Counted from the stretch's first letter, positions 1-13,628 are shown. The stretch: DNA of 64,000 nucleotides from Oikopleura dioica (GCA_907165135.1 OU015568.1:3038001-3102000); one strand, 5' to 3'. The notes: generated from the letters alone by a model not told the origin. Program-made: numbers and translations.

Positions 1-1890
1 ACCAAAACCCATAAACAGGCCCCATTCGCTGAAAAATCCTCGTGTAAAGCTTCCCATTTTCATCCCCTGGAATCGGCGGTAGAACATGTCCTTTGCTCTT
101 TTGCTCCTCAATGTAATTAAGAATCTCCTCTATGATTTCAGAGTAGGCTTCTGGATTTTCTGAATCAGGACCGACGAGATTCTCAATTTCAAATGGGTCC
201 TCCTCGAGATTGTACAAGCTGTATCCGTCCAGCAGGACTTTTTTCTCATAATCGTCAGCAACAGTAATCGACTCCGAGAATACTCTTTCCCAGTAGCTGC
301 TCGGGCGATCGAAAAATCTTCGTAGCTCGCTGTTTACTGTTACTTTCTTGGATGCATTTGTCTTTTTTAGAAAAGATTTTTACAAAAAATTGCACTTAAA
401 GATTTCTTGTCCGATCAAAATTATTGCATCCGTTCCTGGTTTGTCTGCATTTTCATCGCATTTAAAAGTATTTACCTTCATATTGAAGTTCATAAATTTA
501 TACCTTCCATATCTAACAGCAATCTGATCCTCCCACCTTTGCTTCTTCTCATTGTAAAAATCCAAAACGCCGTAGACAAAACTCTCCCTCTTATTCTTCA
601 CCCATCGATTTTCAAGTTCTATTTTTCTCGAAATTCCGTCCATGCTTGAGTCTGGCTCGATTCCCGCGAAATCAAGAAAGGTGGGGACCCAGTCGACGAT
701 GTGGAAGGGATAGTTCAACCTTGATCGTGCGAATTTTCTAGTGGTGGATATGAGGAAAGAGGGGCTAAGAACACCGCCCTCAAAAAGAGAGTTTTTAAAT
801 CCCTTGTACGGGTAGTTGCATGCTCGTGGGGTGTAGTCAAGCTCATCATAATCAACTGCGCTCGAGTCGGGACTTCTTCCGCCGCCAAATTTCTTCACAG
901 CGCCTCCGTTATCCGACTGAAAAACAATCAGCGTCTCTCTATGTTTGTCCTTCTTTGCTTGTTGGTAAATCTCTCTGACAGCCGTATCGATTTGGTTGAC
1001 AGCTGCGAGGTGTTCAGCCCGAGTGTAAGCGATTTCAGGGTGCTTTTCTTGGATTCTAGCGATGAGCTCTTCCGGCGCTCGGGTTGGCTCGTGAGGCGCG
1101 TTGAAAGCGAGATAGACGTAAGCAGGCGTGTTGGTCTTCTTTGATTGCTTGAGAATTTCAACTGTTCGATCGCGAAACAGATCTGTAGTCCATTCTCCAT
1201 CAGATTGTAAGTCAAGTTTGTGCCGTTCCTCTGTATTGTCGTAGAAATCATGGAAAAATGTCTTTGATCGTTTTATGTAATGTCCTCTGTAATCCACAGC
1301 GCCGGAGTAGTGGCCATAAAAAGTGTCGAAACCTCGGTTTGTTGGGAGATACGAGCTGTTGCAAACTCCTAAATGCCATTTTCCAACGGCGTGCGTGTCG
1401 TAGCCGACTTCTTTCAAATACTCAGGAAGGGTTTTGTCATTCGTATTCATTCCGAAGGGGACTTCTCGGGCGATCGGAAAGGATCCCATGCCGCTTCGGA
1501 AAGCATAGCGGCCAGTGAGAGCCATAGCACGGGAGGGGGAACACCGATGGGAGGAGTACATTTGCGTAAACTGAGGGAGTGAGAAAGAGGTTGTTCGACC
1601 TGACTTACTTGGGTTCCATTTTTAACGAGTTTATCCATAAACGGAGTTGATTCTAGCCCAACATTGTTCCAACCAACATCTGCCCAGCCCAAATCATCGA
1701 CCAAAATATACACTTCTCTGTTTTCAATACTCTATCTCTAGATATGAAAATTTGGGAAATAAAGGAAGATTTTTTTTAATTTGATAGAAAACAGTCCTAT
1801 ATTTGGTCTTTCATCCTGACTTTCTTCTGCAAAACTCTCTGTAGTTAAAAATGAAAGAATAAGTGCCAAACATGTCCGAATTTTTTTCAT
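1..1890 (-). CDS. Arylsulfatase (ARSB/I/J-like), multi-exon; 3' end runs off the window start
   Basis: Signal peptide MKKIRTCLALILSFL (ATG 1890), then RPNI|VYILVDDLGWADVG, the formylglycine motif CSPSR..LTGRY, GKWHLG and YLAFNAPHEP. Introns at 1713-1796 (GA-AG) and 1571-1608 (GT-AG, 38 nt). C-terminal YSLYNLEEDPFE lies near 200. Confidence 0.93.
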
Positions 1891-2548
1891 TATCTGAAAA
1901 AAACGTTCTGTTTGATAATTAGAAATATTTAGACAGTTTGACGCGAATTCAGTGACCTTAAATTCTCTGACTCAAGAAGCTCAATTAGTCGTGTTTCCGA
2001 TGACTTTGAATTTCAAGGTTTTTTGAATCTCAAAAAGAGGAGTACCTGGATCGTAAAAAAGTTCTCCCAAAATGTTACTCTCGGCGTTTTTTATGCTTTT
2101 ATATAATCCACTCTCTGAATACGCCTTTGTAGCTCTGTTTATCGCAAAATACAATCTTGCGTATCTTCTGATGGTAAATAAATATCTTCTGACCTCTGGA
2201 AAGATTTAGTGAAAGCGCTTTTTTACCTTTATCATAAAGGCTTTATGCCAAATTGGCTCATTATGAGGCTGTTCCGGAATCTTTGTTGACGCGTTAGGCA
2301 AAATTACGATAATAACATCGTATTTGGATGATTGATAATTCTGGCTATGTTTGCATCGTAAAATTTGTGACTTCAATGATTGACAGTTTTCTCTTTTATA
2401 ATTAACAAAAACACAATCAGTAATCAATGAATCATTGACAATGATTATAAGTCAAATTTATTGTCAGGTTCAGATTAATTATGTCAGGATTCACAGTAAA
2501 ACTTATTTCAAAGACATTTTTAAGCGATAAAAGAAGGAAGTTTTCAAT

Positions 2549-3627
2549 CTATCCCGAATGCTCCTGCGAAAATCCTTTGCACATGAGGAGTTTCTTGAAA
2601 TTTTTGCGATTCTCTTCTGCTCTTTCTTTCGGCGCAATCATGATCGTCCAAAAGAAATTGAAGATGATCGATAGTGGCACAATAATATAAACACTGAGCT
2701 GGATTTCTTCCGAGATCTGCATGTTCTTTCTCGTCGCCATATAAATCACCCAGTTCTCGAAACCGATCAGAAGGAAGTTGAAAGTTGACATAGAACAATC
2801 GTTGTGTATCGAGAATGGACTTGTACTGCAAATTCTTCCTCCTTGTTGTCATGTAGGTGAAAGTGAGGAGGGAACTGATAAGAGACAAGATCTGGAGAAC
2901 GCTGACACAACTCTCATCGGAATCGGAATGAAGGCATTTTTGGATGAAGAAAATTTGAATCAAAAGCTAGAAAATATGACTAAAGAGCAGTTATCATTCC
3001 TCTTACCTGTGGCGCAGCTTCCGTTGCTGCTTCTAGGGCTCGAATTTTCAATAGTTCGTCTCTCATATCATTCAGGTCTTTTTCTTCTTCCAATTTTGGT
3101 GCTCGCAGATTCCTGTTTTCCCCACTGTTTACAGTTGTCCACGCTTTCATTCGTTTATAATAGTGCAGATAATGCATGAACGGACCGACGAGGAACACGT
3201 GACCAATGGCCAGCGATCCGTTATCTCCCGATCCGTTATCTTCGTTTTCATTCTCTCCATAAATCTTCTTGGAACTATGAAAGTATGAATAGCCGGCTAC
3301 AAGCCAGCCGGAAATCAGGACGAGAAGAAACGTTGCGACACCCCAGTAAATTTCGCCTCTGATTATGAACGAAATGCCAAGAGCAATATCGGATCTTCAA
3401 TTCAAATGAATTAAAAGTTCTTCTCTTTTTACTTACATAATATCGAAAAGATAGAAAAACGCGCTTACACAAACTCGACTTGTATCTTCTTTCGCCAGTT
3501 CTACGCCTCTCGATCTCAAGTTCTTCGGATTAAAACAAACGAAAAGAAGAATCGACCCAATTCCGAGAATACCAACTGGTAGTTTCAAGCCATTCTCTTC
3601 AAACCAAAGCACTGTTTCGTTTCTCAT
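2549..3627 (-). CDS. XK-related (Xkr) multi-pass membrane protein; start uncertain
   Basis: Hand splicing gives DIALGISFIIRGEIYWGVATFLLVL (XK-type first TM pair) and KIRALEAATEAAPQ (matches the XK-family LEAxxEsAPQ motif), followed by further hydrophobic segments to the stop at 2549. Confidence 0.7.
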
Positions 3628-3855
3628 TTTTTCTCGTCATCAATAAAAACTCAGTTGCGTTCCTGCGAGAGTGCTTGCCATCGAATTGCAAATATAGAAT
3701 TGGTAAGAGACACTGTGTAAATATAGTAAGATTTATGAATCACAAATTCCTGTTCCAAGGATTGTGAAAATGATGAAGTCGAAAACGGGCGAAACGTTGA
3801 AAATGACCGAAAAGATCAACAAAGTCAGAATTCCTCATAAATACGAGAAACAAAT

Positions 3856-4589
3856 ATGAGGATCATTATTGATACAAAATCAAACATCATCGCAAAAGTA
3901 GCCTCAGCGGTTCACTCAGAAGAGAATCAGATTCAACTGACAGTTGAAAAGAAACCCTCATGTTTCAAAGATGGGACTCTTCAGACTCAGATTCCAGCTT
4001 CAGCCCCACGGAGTCTGAATTATCTGTTGGCCGAGCATGCCGGTCGCTGATACAGTTTCTTCTCTGCCCTCCTTATGGCGGAGAAATGACAGAGGGACCG
4101 TTTGGTTGGTCTCCTACTCATGAAACTATTCGAAGTGAGGTACACTTGGCTTTCAACCCACTTTTCTTTGCTTCATTTTAGTGCGTTGACTTGTTCGCTT
4201 TGTGCAAGAATTCAAAAGACTACGACGATTATGGAAACCGAATCAATGTTTACTCTGCTCTTCGCATGGATGGAAGCTACACAAGTTGAGGATGGAATAT
4301 TTTAAAAGATTCTAGGACTCTTTTAGACAATATAATCGGCATGAAACACATTTACGCAGAATCCGATGGATCCGAACTTGTCAATCCGACTCTAGGTGTC
4401 ACAAAAGGATCGCTATCAACAACGATAGCGATATCGGAGATGTCAAAATCAAGCTTCGATGGATATTTGATCATTGTGATGATTGTGCTTTTATCCATTG
4501 GAGTAATTTATCTGAGTTTATTGAAGAAATCAAAAGAAATACGAGAAGAAAAAGAAGACTCTGAGAAATCACCTTCTATTCTTGTCTGA
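3856..4589 (+). CDS. Possible single-pass membrane protein, unknown function
   Basis: ORF 4341-4589 ends in a TM helix (YLIIVMIVLLSIGVIYLSLL) plus a basic tail. Upstream exons could not be resolved. Confidence 0.3.
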
Positions 4590-4837
4590 AATTTACTCTG
4601 AATAAAAATCTAACAGTTGACAACCTTGACAAAATGGTGACAAAAAAACCCCAAAAAATGGGCCTTTTTCAGAAAAAGCGTGACTGTCGCGCGTGGGCGC
4701 ATTTTGCGCTAAATCGCGGTCTCCGCCGCGAGCGCTGAATTATTTTCCGTTTTCTAAAAAAAGTTTTTTTTTTCTAGAGAGATAATGAACTGAGAAGAAA
4801 ATCAAATAGAAGAAATTCAAAGTAATAAAGTGAGAAA

Positions 4838-7431
4838 ATGATCGAAGGATTGAAAAGCATCGACGAATTAAAAGCCGAGTTCGAAGCGCTAGAAAATGAA
4901 GAGAACGAGATCGACGCGTTGTTACAGGAAGTGCACAGTACCAAGCCGGATCTAGAGGTGAAAGCCGTTCAACTCCAGCGACTCGATCTTGATTCCCTCG
5001 AAGAAGATGCAACACACCTGACGAAAATGATCGACCACACTTCTTCCTTGGCCGATCAAATCTCCAAAAAGGTCCGACAACTCGATTTGGCGAAGACCCG
5101 CGTGTTTGAGGCGATTCAAAGGGTTGATGATATTCTTGACTTGAAGTTTTGCTCCGACGGGGTGGAAAAGGCAATGGCGATTCATGACCTTGAAAGTGCT
5201 GCTGGACACATTCATCGGTACCTCTGCTTGGACGAGAATTTATTGAAGGAATCTGTCTCAGGAAAGAGCTTTTAGATTCATCTTTCGATGGGTAAAACGC
5301 AAATCGATAAAAAGCAAATTGCTTTAAAAATGCTAAAGAAATCCCTTCATTTTCATCTAAATAGCTCTATAAAGACGAACGCGAATCAATTCAAACATCT
5401 ATCGAAGTCCTTGAAGCAGCGCGGAAGAAACTCTCGGAACTCGTCGACAAAGAATTTGCCGAAGCCGCCAAAGATGGCGACGAAAACAAAGTCGAAAAGT
5501 ACCTCCGTCTTTTCCCGCTGCTAAAGGAGCCTGAGAAGGGGCTGGACAAGTTTGGGAAGTTTCTGCAGATCAAAATCACGAAAAAGTCGAAAGAGGTTAT
5601 TCTAAAACGATTTTAATTAGCCTGAATTTTGCTTTTTAGGCGATCGAGCGCGCTAGAAACAAGGAAATTTCCTTCGCGGATGCGGCTACTGTCGTTTTTG
5701 AATCCATCGCTGGTCTTGTCGATAAATCTCAACCTTTCGTCGAGACTTACTACGGTCCCGGCCAGCTAAAATCGATGGTTTTCCAGCTTCAAAAAGAATG
5801 TGACAAACAAGCGATAAATGTTCTTCAAGCTTTTGACATGGACAGAGGATTCAGCGCGCTGAGCCAGAAGGTCATGAAGAGTAAAAGAGGCGATGTTGAC
5901 TCCTTATCACTCGATGCTGTCCTGACAGAAACTGCTCGACTGTCCGAGCGAGGAGAAATGTACTTCCGTTTCTTGCGAAGACGGCTTGCTACTGATCTGG
6001 AAAGCGTCTCCAAGGTAGATATCTTTTACAAAAAACCTCGAAAACGAGTGATTTTAGGGAGAAAAGCTAGACGAAGAAGTCCGAAAGCTAGAAAACTGGA
6101 TCGGCAACACATCGCTTGCGCATCACTTACAAAGTATCATGGGAAAATACGTTTCGATGGAGAAATATTACATGAAAGAATCGCTGCAGAAAGCGATTCA
6201 GATGGATCAATTCGCCGAGGGTTCGCTCACAAGCTCCATGATCGACGATACGTTCTACATTTTGAAGAAATCGAGGGATCGAGCGGTCATGAGTGGGAAT
6301 TTCAACTGCGTGTGCGCTGTTATTAATCATATCTGTAAGTTTCGAGATACCTTTAACAAAATTACGGCCATTCTTCTTAATTTTCATTTAGCATCGTTGC
6401 TGGAAAGCGATTTCTTCGATACACTTTCTTCAAATCTCCGATCGTTCCCGAGCGGCGGCCTGATGGACAACCTTAGCATGGGAATCACTGCGTTTTCTGG
6501 TACTCTAACCGGCGCAATGGGAGGCTCTGGAAAGGTCGTTTCTGCTGGAGACGCTGCTGAAGAACAGCGACAATGTGAGTTCTTGTTTAATGATAATCGG
6601 ATGAAGATGGCTCTTTTTTAGTGTTTTTGACGTCTCTGAGCAACGCGGAAATCGCAGTAGGCTACATTGGAGAACTAGCCTCGGTGGAAATTGTAAGGCG
6701 ATTGGGAAGAAAGCTCTCGGCTGGAGAAACGGAGAATATGAACAGCTGCGTCGAAGATTTGAAGGATCTGGCGAAGAAGTTCGAGCAGCTGGTCGAGAAT
6801 GGAATCAAGGAATTGAACAATTCAGCGTTGAAACATGAAGTCAAACCGCTGATTGAAGATTTCAGAGGTAAAATTATGCTGGTTACGACAGTTTACTGAC
6901 CGTATCTGCTAGATGTCCCACACGACATCGACGACGACGAGTTCGCAGAAGCAGAAGCAAACGAGCCCTGGGTTCAAAACGTCCTCATTCACCTACACAC
7001 AGTTCTAGAAAGCTTCAAGCCGCGCATGTCGCCCGATTCCTTCGACCAGCTAGTCTCCTATCTTACGAATACTGTTGCAAACACTCTAGAACGCGCCGTG
7101 TTGAAGTCGCGTTTCACTCGCCTTGGCGGATTACAATTTGATAGAGAACTCCGAGCGCTCGTCAATTTTTTGACTTCTGTGACGAGCTCGACGGTCAGAG
7201 ATCGTTTCGCAAAGCTGCATCAGATTAATACTGTGCTAAATTTAGAACAGGTAAAAGAGAAAAGTTCTACAGCGAATAATGAACCCTTCTTCCTAGCCAC
7301 AAGAAGTTCTAGAATACTACGGATCATCTTCAAGCGGTGTCACGTGGCGATTAAGCCCATCGGAAGTGCGAGATGTTCTTACCCGACGAATTGACTTCAG
7401 ATCTGAAGACATTCGCCGACTAAAACTTTAG
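4838..7431 (+). CDS. COG4: Conserved oligomeric Golgi complex subunit 4
   Basis: [55 protein letters not shown] and the C-terminal [15 protein letters not shown] match COG4. Multi-exon with GT-AG introns. Confidence 0.95.
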
Positions 7432-7580
7432 TTCAATTGCAATGACTATTTCACTATCCCATTTTTCTACATTTTCTGTCTTCTGTGCAATAGTAGTATT
7501 ACCAACCGACAATTACAATTCATATTATTTTAAGATCTACTTCAATCATTTCTTTAAGAATTTTGATAAGCTCAGTGAAA
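7432..7580 (+). promoter_or_regulatory. Short intergenic spacer with a candidate SL trans-splice acceptor (possible COG4-SmE operon)
   Basis: 149-nt U-rich spacer between same-strand genes, ending ttttgataagctcAG|tgaaaATG. Confidence 0.5.
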
Positions 7581-7888
7581 ATGAGCTACGGTCACAAAGT
7601 CCAGAAAGTGATGGTTCAGCCCATTAACTTGGTCTTTCGATTTTTCCAGAAAAAGATCCGGGTTCAAATCTGGATCTACGACGTTGTCAACCTTCGACTC
7701 GAAGGTAGGGCCGAGAAAAGAAACAGACAAAGATTCGTTCAGGTGTCATCGTCGGCTTCGACGAATACATGAACCTGGTTCTGGACGACGTTGAAGAAAT
7801 GCACGTCAAAACTCACTTCAAACGAAACATCGGACGAATCCTTCTCAAGGGCGACAACATCACTCTCATCCAACAGGCGCCTCAATAA
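7581..7888 (+). CDS. SNRPE: Small nuclear ribonucleoprotein E (SmE)
   Basis: [21 protein letters not shown]...RLEG|[15 protein letters not shown]...[14 protein letters not shown], with one 38-nt GT-AG intron (7705-7742). Confidence 0.97.
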
Positions 7889-8136
7889 ACCCGCTGCCAA
7901 GAAACGCAAGCATCATGAAGCAAAAGCAGCCCTTTCTTACCGTAGTTTCAAGGCCAGTGCTGCCTTTTTATGGCGGTAAAAAGCTGTCTTTTTTGCTTTT
8001 TTTCTCTGCTTGTAATAAAAATGAAAAAATCTTTATTCGAAGGTGAATAACGATCAGATTGTCTGGCAGATTTTGGCAATAAATTTGTCAGTCAATCATC
8101 GTTATATCACACCTCTCGACAACAATTTCCGCTTAA

Positions 8137-8471
8137 GGACCCCCCCGTCAGCTTTTTTCGAAAAATCAAATTTCGGAATTTTAAAATTTTGACCACTGAA
8201 ATGGATTCTACGGGTGAAAAAACGATTTTGAGGCTTCATTTTTTGGGGGTCTATCTCGACTCTAACACCCTCAAAATCGCCTTTGAAAATTGGACTTTTC
8301 GCCAAAAATTGACGAATTTGCCCTAATTTTGGCTAAAATATTGATTTTTATTGGTCAAAAATTCCTCTTATCAAGTTTTTGACGCAAGCTTAACCAGAGG
8401 ACGGATTAAGAACCAAAAATATGGTGTTTTTAAAAATTTCCATTTTCGAAGAAAAGAGCTGACGGGGGTCC
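8137..8471. mobile_element. MITE with TTAA target-site duplication and GG termini (Kolobok-like end structure)
   Basis: TTAA|GGACCCCCCCGTCAGCT ... AGCTGACGGGGGTCC|TTAA, with imperfect extension to about 30 bp; AT-rich interior with no credible CDS. Confidence 0.8.
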
Positions 8472-8903
8472 TTAATAAAGCTTTATAGATCCGCTAAATA
8501 GCCGCAACTTTAATTGCGCCAAAAATAAATCAAGGAGTACCGCAGCAGATACGGTGGTCTTCCCGTACTCGCAAATTCTGCATTATGATTCATTACGAAA
8601 TTATAAATAACAAGTTTTGCCAAACAACAAAACTTACTTTGAAAGTCCAAAAAGGGCAACTTCAAGAAGTCCAGAAACCAACTCCACGTCACTGGTAAAC
8701 CTTTTTGGCTCATCAGAAAGGACTCTTTGGGCAGTATCTCGAAAAGCGCCGTGGTTCCGGATTTGGCCTTGGCTTCCAAGTCACACTTTTGAGATCCATG
8801 CAAATTGTGGCCTCATTAAAGTCACGCGAGCGGTATAAAAAGAAATTATGAAAATTTGCATCGACAGAAGAATAGACGAATTTTCAATTGAGAAAAGAAG
8901 AAG

Positions 8904-9622
8904 ATGCGTGTTTTTGGCTTTTTGATTCTCTCAGGTACTTGATTTTCCTGAAAAATTTAAATAAAAGTCAAATTTAGGGTCTTGTCAAGACTATCAAAGC
9001 CGAAATTACGGCTCTTACCTAAGTCCAAGAGACGTCGGCGAAGAAACATTCGACATCTGCTCAAGATGGATTTACGATGCTCTTCGCTGCGAACCCCCAC
9101 GAGGAAAAACTTCGAAATACATTCATCGCTTTCAAAAAGTCATCGGCGACGCTCTCTGGCATGTTGAATCCACGTACAAATGCTCGGTCAATCGAGGTAG
9201 GCGAGAGGCAATTGACGTGTATTCAGGAGAATATGACGAGAAAAGTAATGAGTACGAGTACGAATATGAAGGCGATGCGGTTGTGGCAAGTGATGGGGAT
9301 ATAAGAAAGTTTGAAGCAAGATCGCAAATGGGCCTCGGGCGAGTGAGAAATGATGACCTAAGATCCCAGGTAGAGAACTTTAAGATTTTTGTCAACAGAC
9401 TATTAAACCTACCAGGACCTGAGGACCCTGATTCAAGCCTCTACACAGGTTTCCTCCCAGTTAGTTATACAAATTTAGTGCATCGAAAGTTTTGCCCGAT
9501 TCTATCAAAAAACTGACATCACCAGTTGCCGAAAAAAGTACGCCTGGAAAGCTCGAACCGACGGATTGACAAGACAAATAACAAAAATGATGTTCATCTG
9601 TATGAAATCAAACGGATATTGA
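8904..9622 (+). CDS. Small secreted Cys-containing protein, probably lineage-specific
   Basis: MRVFGFLILS| signal-like exon, GT-AG intron, then an open exon (CSRWIYDALRCEPPRGKTSKYIHRFQKVIGDALWH) and a plausible last exon CIESFARFYQKTDITSCRKKYAW...FICMKSNGY*. Confidence 0.6.
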
Positions 9623-9821
9623 CATCGAATCTATCACTTTGACTATTATTATTATTATTGTAAATACAATAAGAAAACTTTTTATTTTATGAGAGTACAT
9701 GGTTGTTTTTATTTGAAGATTAAATATGGGCGCTCGAAAATGAGCTTTTTTCAGCTTACAGATAAAGAAAGCTTTTCAGGATAGATACAGAAATTTGAAA
9801 AGAATTGCACAGTGCTCGATT

Positions 9822-11801
9822 TCAAAGACGATTATTGTTGAGTTGGCTATATGTACGTTTTAATTTTGCCAGAACATAATCGTACACTTCGTATTCGTAC
9901 TTGAGGGAAGTTTGTGTCCGCAGAAACTCTCTTGATTTTTGTCCCGCTTAAAAGACAAGATAAGAAGATAAATTGATGTCTTTCCTAGTAAAAAGAATTG
10001 CTGCTGGGTGCTTTTTACGATAGTTGCGGTAAACCAAAATTTATCAGATGACCAGATTACTTTTTGCTACAACACAAAGAACGATAATTGAGATGATTCT
10101 CGACGGATTAATTTATTTCCTGCGGTCACTAAGCATAAATCGTGGTTCATGAACTTTCCCAGAAAAACAACCATGTTCTCAAAACTGTCGAATAGACAAG
10201 ATCTTTTTGACGTCTCTTTCGGTGTTCAAAAATATGGACGATTCTCACTCTCGAACTCAAGGACATCGAAATTATACCTGGTTTTTTGAAAGTTGTCAGT
10301 GTTCCATTCCGCATTTTTTCGAACGACTCCATTTTCACGACAGTGCTGGCGTTTTTATAAAAAGCAGGAAGAAGAGCTTCCAGGACTTTGAGCGACATCT
10401 CAAGTTCATCAAGCAGCCCAACAAAAGCGTAGTTATGATCGATGTTGTACTAAATCCCGGCAGTTAATTAATTGAGCGGAAGAAAGACAAACCTTTGCTC
10501 GGTCGACCGCCCACTGTCCTCGTTCTTGACATCGTGGGTCTGAGTTTGGGCTCGTTTTTTGGTTATTCTAAAATGATCAAGCCGGCTCTGACGACCCGGA
10601 AACGACCCTCATTAATCCCTTATAAAGAATCTTGTAAAATCAAACGACAAGAAATATAAAATCAAGCCATATAAAGCCCATTACTTGGCCGCACAAATAC
10701 GGGACTATCTGCCACCAAGGTTTTACACATTCTTGCCGTCTATTCGCCACGCATTCGTCGACAGTTTCCTTCTTCCGTTCTTCGGTCAATTTCGCTTTTC
10801 CGCCACCGCCCAGATGATTGCCGAATCGAGAAAAGTAGTAAAAGCTTTCAAATCGAGCTAGAATAATTTGATGATTCTACCGGCTGAATTAAGCATTATT
10901 CGTTTCAAATTGAATGTCAAAGTTAATGGCTAGAAGTAAGGATTTATAGATTTTACCTATCGGATCACGAATCATGTTGATGTAGGCGACTTTTTTCTTT
11001 TGAGTTGGGTCCCTTAACGATCCAATTAAAATATTAATGACTCGTTAGCGTAAATCGTCTTCAATGTTAGAACAATTAGACAGCTAAGATTCAAAAATGA
11101 AATTTTTCTTACCAGAAATCAACATAATTCTGATGTCGAATGTACATATACGGTGGGGTTTGCTCAAACACATATTTTCTGAAGGCATCTTGTTCTTCTT
11201 GACTCTTCGTTTGCTTCTCCCCCGGTTCGTAAGGAGACTCGACTTTGAATCCGTTTTTTCCTCCCAAGTCGTAGGCTAGTTGGGTCATCGACATTGAGCC
11301 GCATTTCGGAACACGGTTGAATACAACGTAATCTATATTTGGCAATGCTTTCGTTGGATCAAGAATGATGCTATTTCGAGGAAGAGAACCATCTTCAATT
11401 AGGAGGCTTAACTTCTAATACGGTCGAGTTATGATTTTCTCCCACGCTGATAATCATATAAGCAAATTTGATGATCCTGGCCTAGGCTATTTTTGGTCGT
11501 TTCTGGAGGGGATCGGTGGACTCTTTTGCTTACAAACTCACTGAAAAAAGTACATATGATGTAAATATTTATGACCTCGACTAAGAAAAGATTAATGTTG
11601 TAAAATTTTACCTTTTCTGACCAGGTGATGAAATAAAATCAATCAAGAAAATGTACGTTAGGTAGATCGATCCATAAATGGCAATGAAGTAAGTGATGTT
11701 TTTTCGTCGTATTCCGCATACTGTGAGAGGGTTTCGACATCGCTAAATAAGGCATTACAAATTTTAAATAAGGCTGTTGCTTTTTCTTTTAAATTTGACA
11801 T
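9822..11801 (-). CDS. Heparan-sulfate 2-O / uronyl 2-sulfotransferase-like Golgi type II membrane enzyme; start uncertain
   Basis: 5'-PSB motif VVFNRVPKCGSMSM, 3'-PB motif YINMIRDPI, WAVDRAK|YNIDHNYAFVGLLDEL and last exon LKYEYEVYDYV. An N-terminal TM helix lies near 11640-11710. Confidence 0.85.
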
Positions 11802-13246
11802 TGCTTTGTGATTAATTAAACTTTCGTCTAAGATGTTGTCTCATTTAATGAAAGAGGGTTCATGTCGTGAACAAAAGTTACCTCTTTTTACATAAATTAA
11901 TCAACTGAGACCCTAAATTTTGCAATGAAAATCAATACAATGAGACTTAAATGTTTCTTTGAAGATAAAAAGTATTTTTTACAGCTTTCTTTTTCTTCAA
12001 AAAAAGGTAAGCTTATGATACAAAGACCACATTTCGTTTTGGTGAGAACTTTGGTGAAATCATTTGGTGAGCCTTAATATAATAGTATTTTACCATGTCT
12101 TTTAACATCAAGGAATAACTGAAGGAACCAATTTTGTCTTCCGGTTCTATTTTCTCTTCTTTCTATTTTTTTCTATTTTTTCGTTTTTTGTTGTGATAAT
12201 CGGGTAACGAGCTAACCGTTAAAATAAGTCTGATGAGCGCCCGTTTATTGAGCCGCTAGTTGCCAAAGCTAGCAGGAAATTAATATAGTGATTTAGCATC
12301 ATGCTCTGGCGTTCTCGTAAAAACCGAAGAAAAAAGAGTGCATCGCCAGTTATTTTTTCTCAGCGGGGTTCTTTTTGATCGTTATTGTTTTTGACGGGTT
12401 AATTTATATTTGAATGTCCGATGGTAAATATAAGTGTCATGTTATGATAATTAAGTCGAATTTATCAGGTATGAAGAGTGGGTTAATAAAACTGTCATCA
12501 TTTTTTGGCAAAAATGACACCTTAAAATGCCAACTATAAAGCGTGAACTTACTGCAGTTCAGATATACAGTAGTAAGAAGGAACTTGTTTGGCTTCCAAT
12601 TTTCTTCGGAAAAAGTCAGAAGACGTACTAAAGAGTGCTAAGAGACGTCAAATACAGTCTTGTTCACTGCTTGTCAGATTTTCAATTTATCGACAGCAAT
12701 ATAAATCCATTTTTTGTTCAGTCCACTTACTTTTTTCAATAAAAAAACACCGATAAAAAGGTAAAATCATTTTCAACTGAAAAAGAGAGCCATCTTTTTG
12801 CATTTTTCTCATAGCAAAATGAAAACGAGCTTTCTTTGAGCCAAAATGGGACTATCAATTACAGTAAAAAGGGTAATAAGAGTGGCTATCTATTTATAAT
12901 GCAAGTAGACAGGCGCTTTTTGAGTCCCATACTCGCTAAACACCCTGGCTCCATTTACTCATCCTTGTAGGTAGACCTTTCACCAGCATTCATTGAAGAG
13001 TATCCATTCAAAAATTAAATTGTCAGAAGAGAAAACGCCAATAGCTCCGAAAAAAACAAACGCCAGGCTCGTCGCAATTATTTTCTCAGCCAGGGATAAG
13101 AAAAACAACGATCAGGAATAAAACAAGATCAGGGAATCAAGGAGAATCGAACTGAAAAACAGAGAGAGAAGGACGACGGAAAACTGCATCGATCTTCAAA
13201 TGAGTCTATGGGAAATAGTCTAACAATGAATTATTACTGACTTTAA

Positions 13247-13628
13247 GGGGGGGGGGGGTCGACGAGAATTTTTTCAGGGATGATCGTAATTTCGCTTATA
13301 CACATAGTCAGGATATGAATCTTATATTTTTGGAATTTACAGATTCTTCTAAATCTGTTGAGCCTAAAATCATATGATAAAAATTAGATTTAGTGGTCGA
13401 AATGAACAAAATTGTAAAAAAATTGGCCATTTTTGGTGCATTTTCGCGAAAATGGCCCTACTTTGACGGGATTTTTAACCGACTTTTTCTGGCCAAAATT
13501 TTTTCTAGTTTTCGCCGCCTGATTTTTACAACCCTTTTCTATCGACCAGTAAAATCAGATTTTGCCTATCTTATCAGGTTTTCCCGCATTTTTGGTCACG
13601 GAAATCCCGATTCTCGTCGACCCCCTCC
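13247..13628. mobile_element. MITE with TAA (or degenerate TTAA) target-site duplication; Harbinger/Tourist-like or Kolobok-like
   Basis: TAA|GGGGGGGGGGGGTCGACGAGAAT ... ATTCTCGTCGACCCCCTCC|TAA; 382 bp, no credible CDS. Confidence 0.75.

Noticed and set aside
1960-2430. Possible extra minus-strand gene between the Xkr-like gene and the arylsulfatase
   Set aside because: Open stretches lack an ATG and consistent splice phases.
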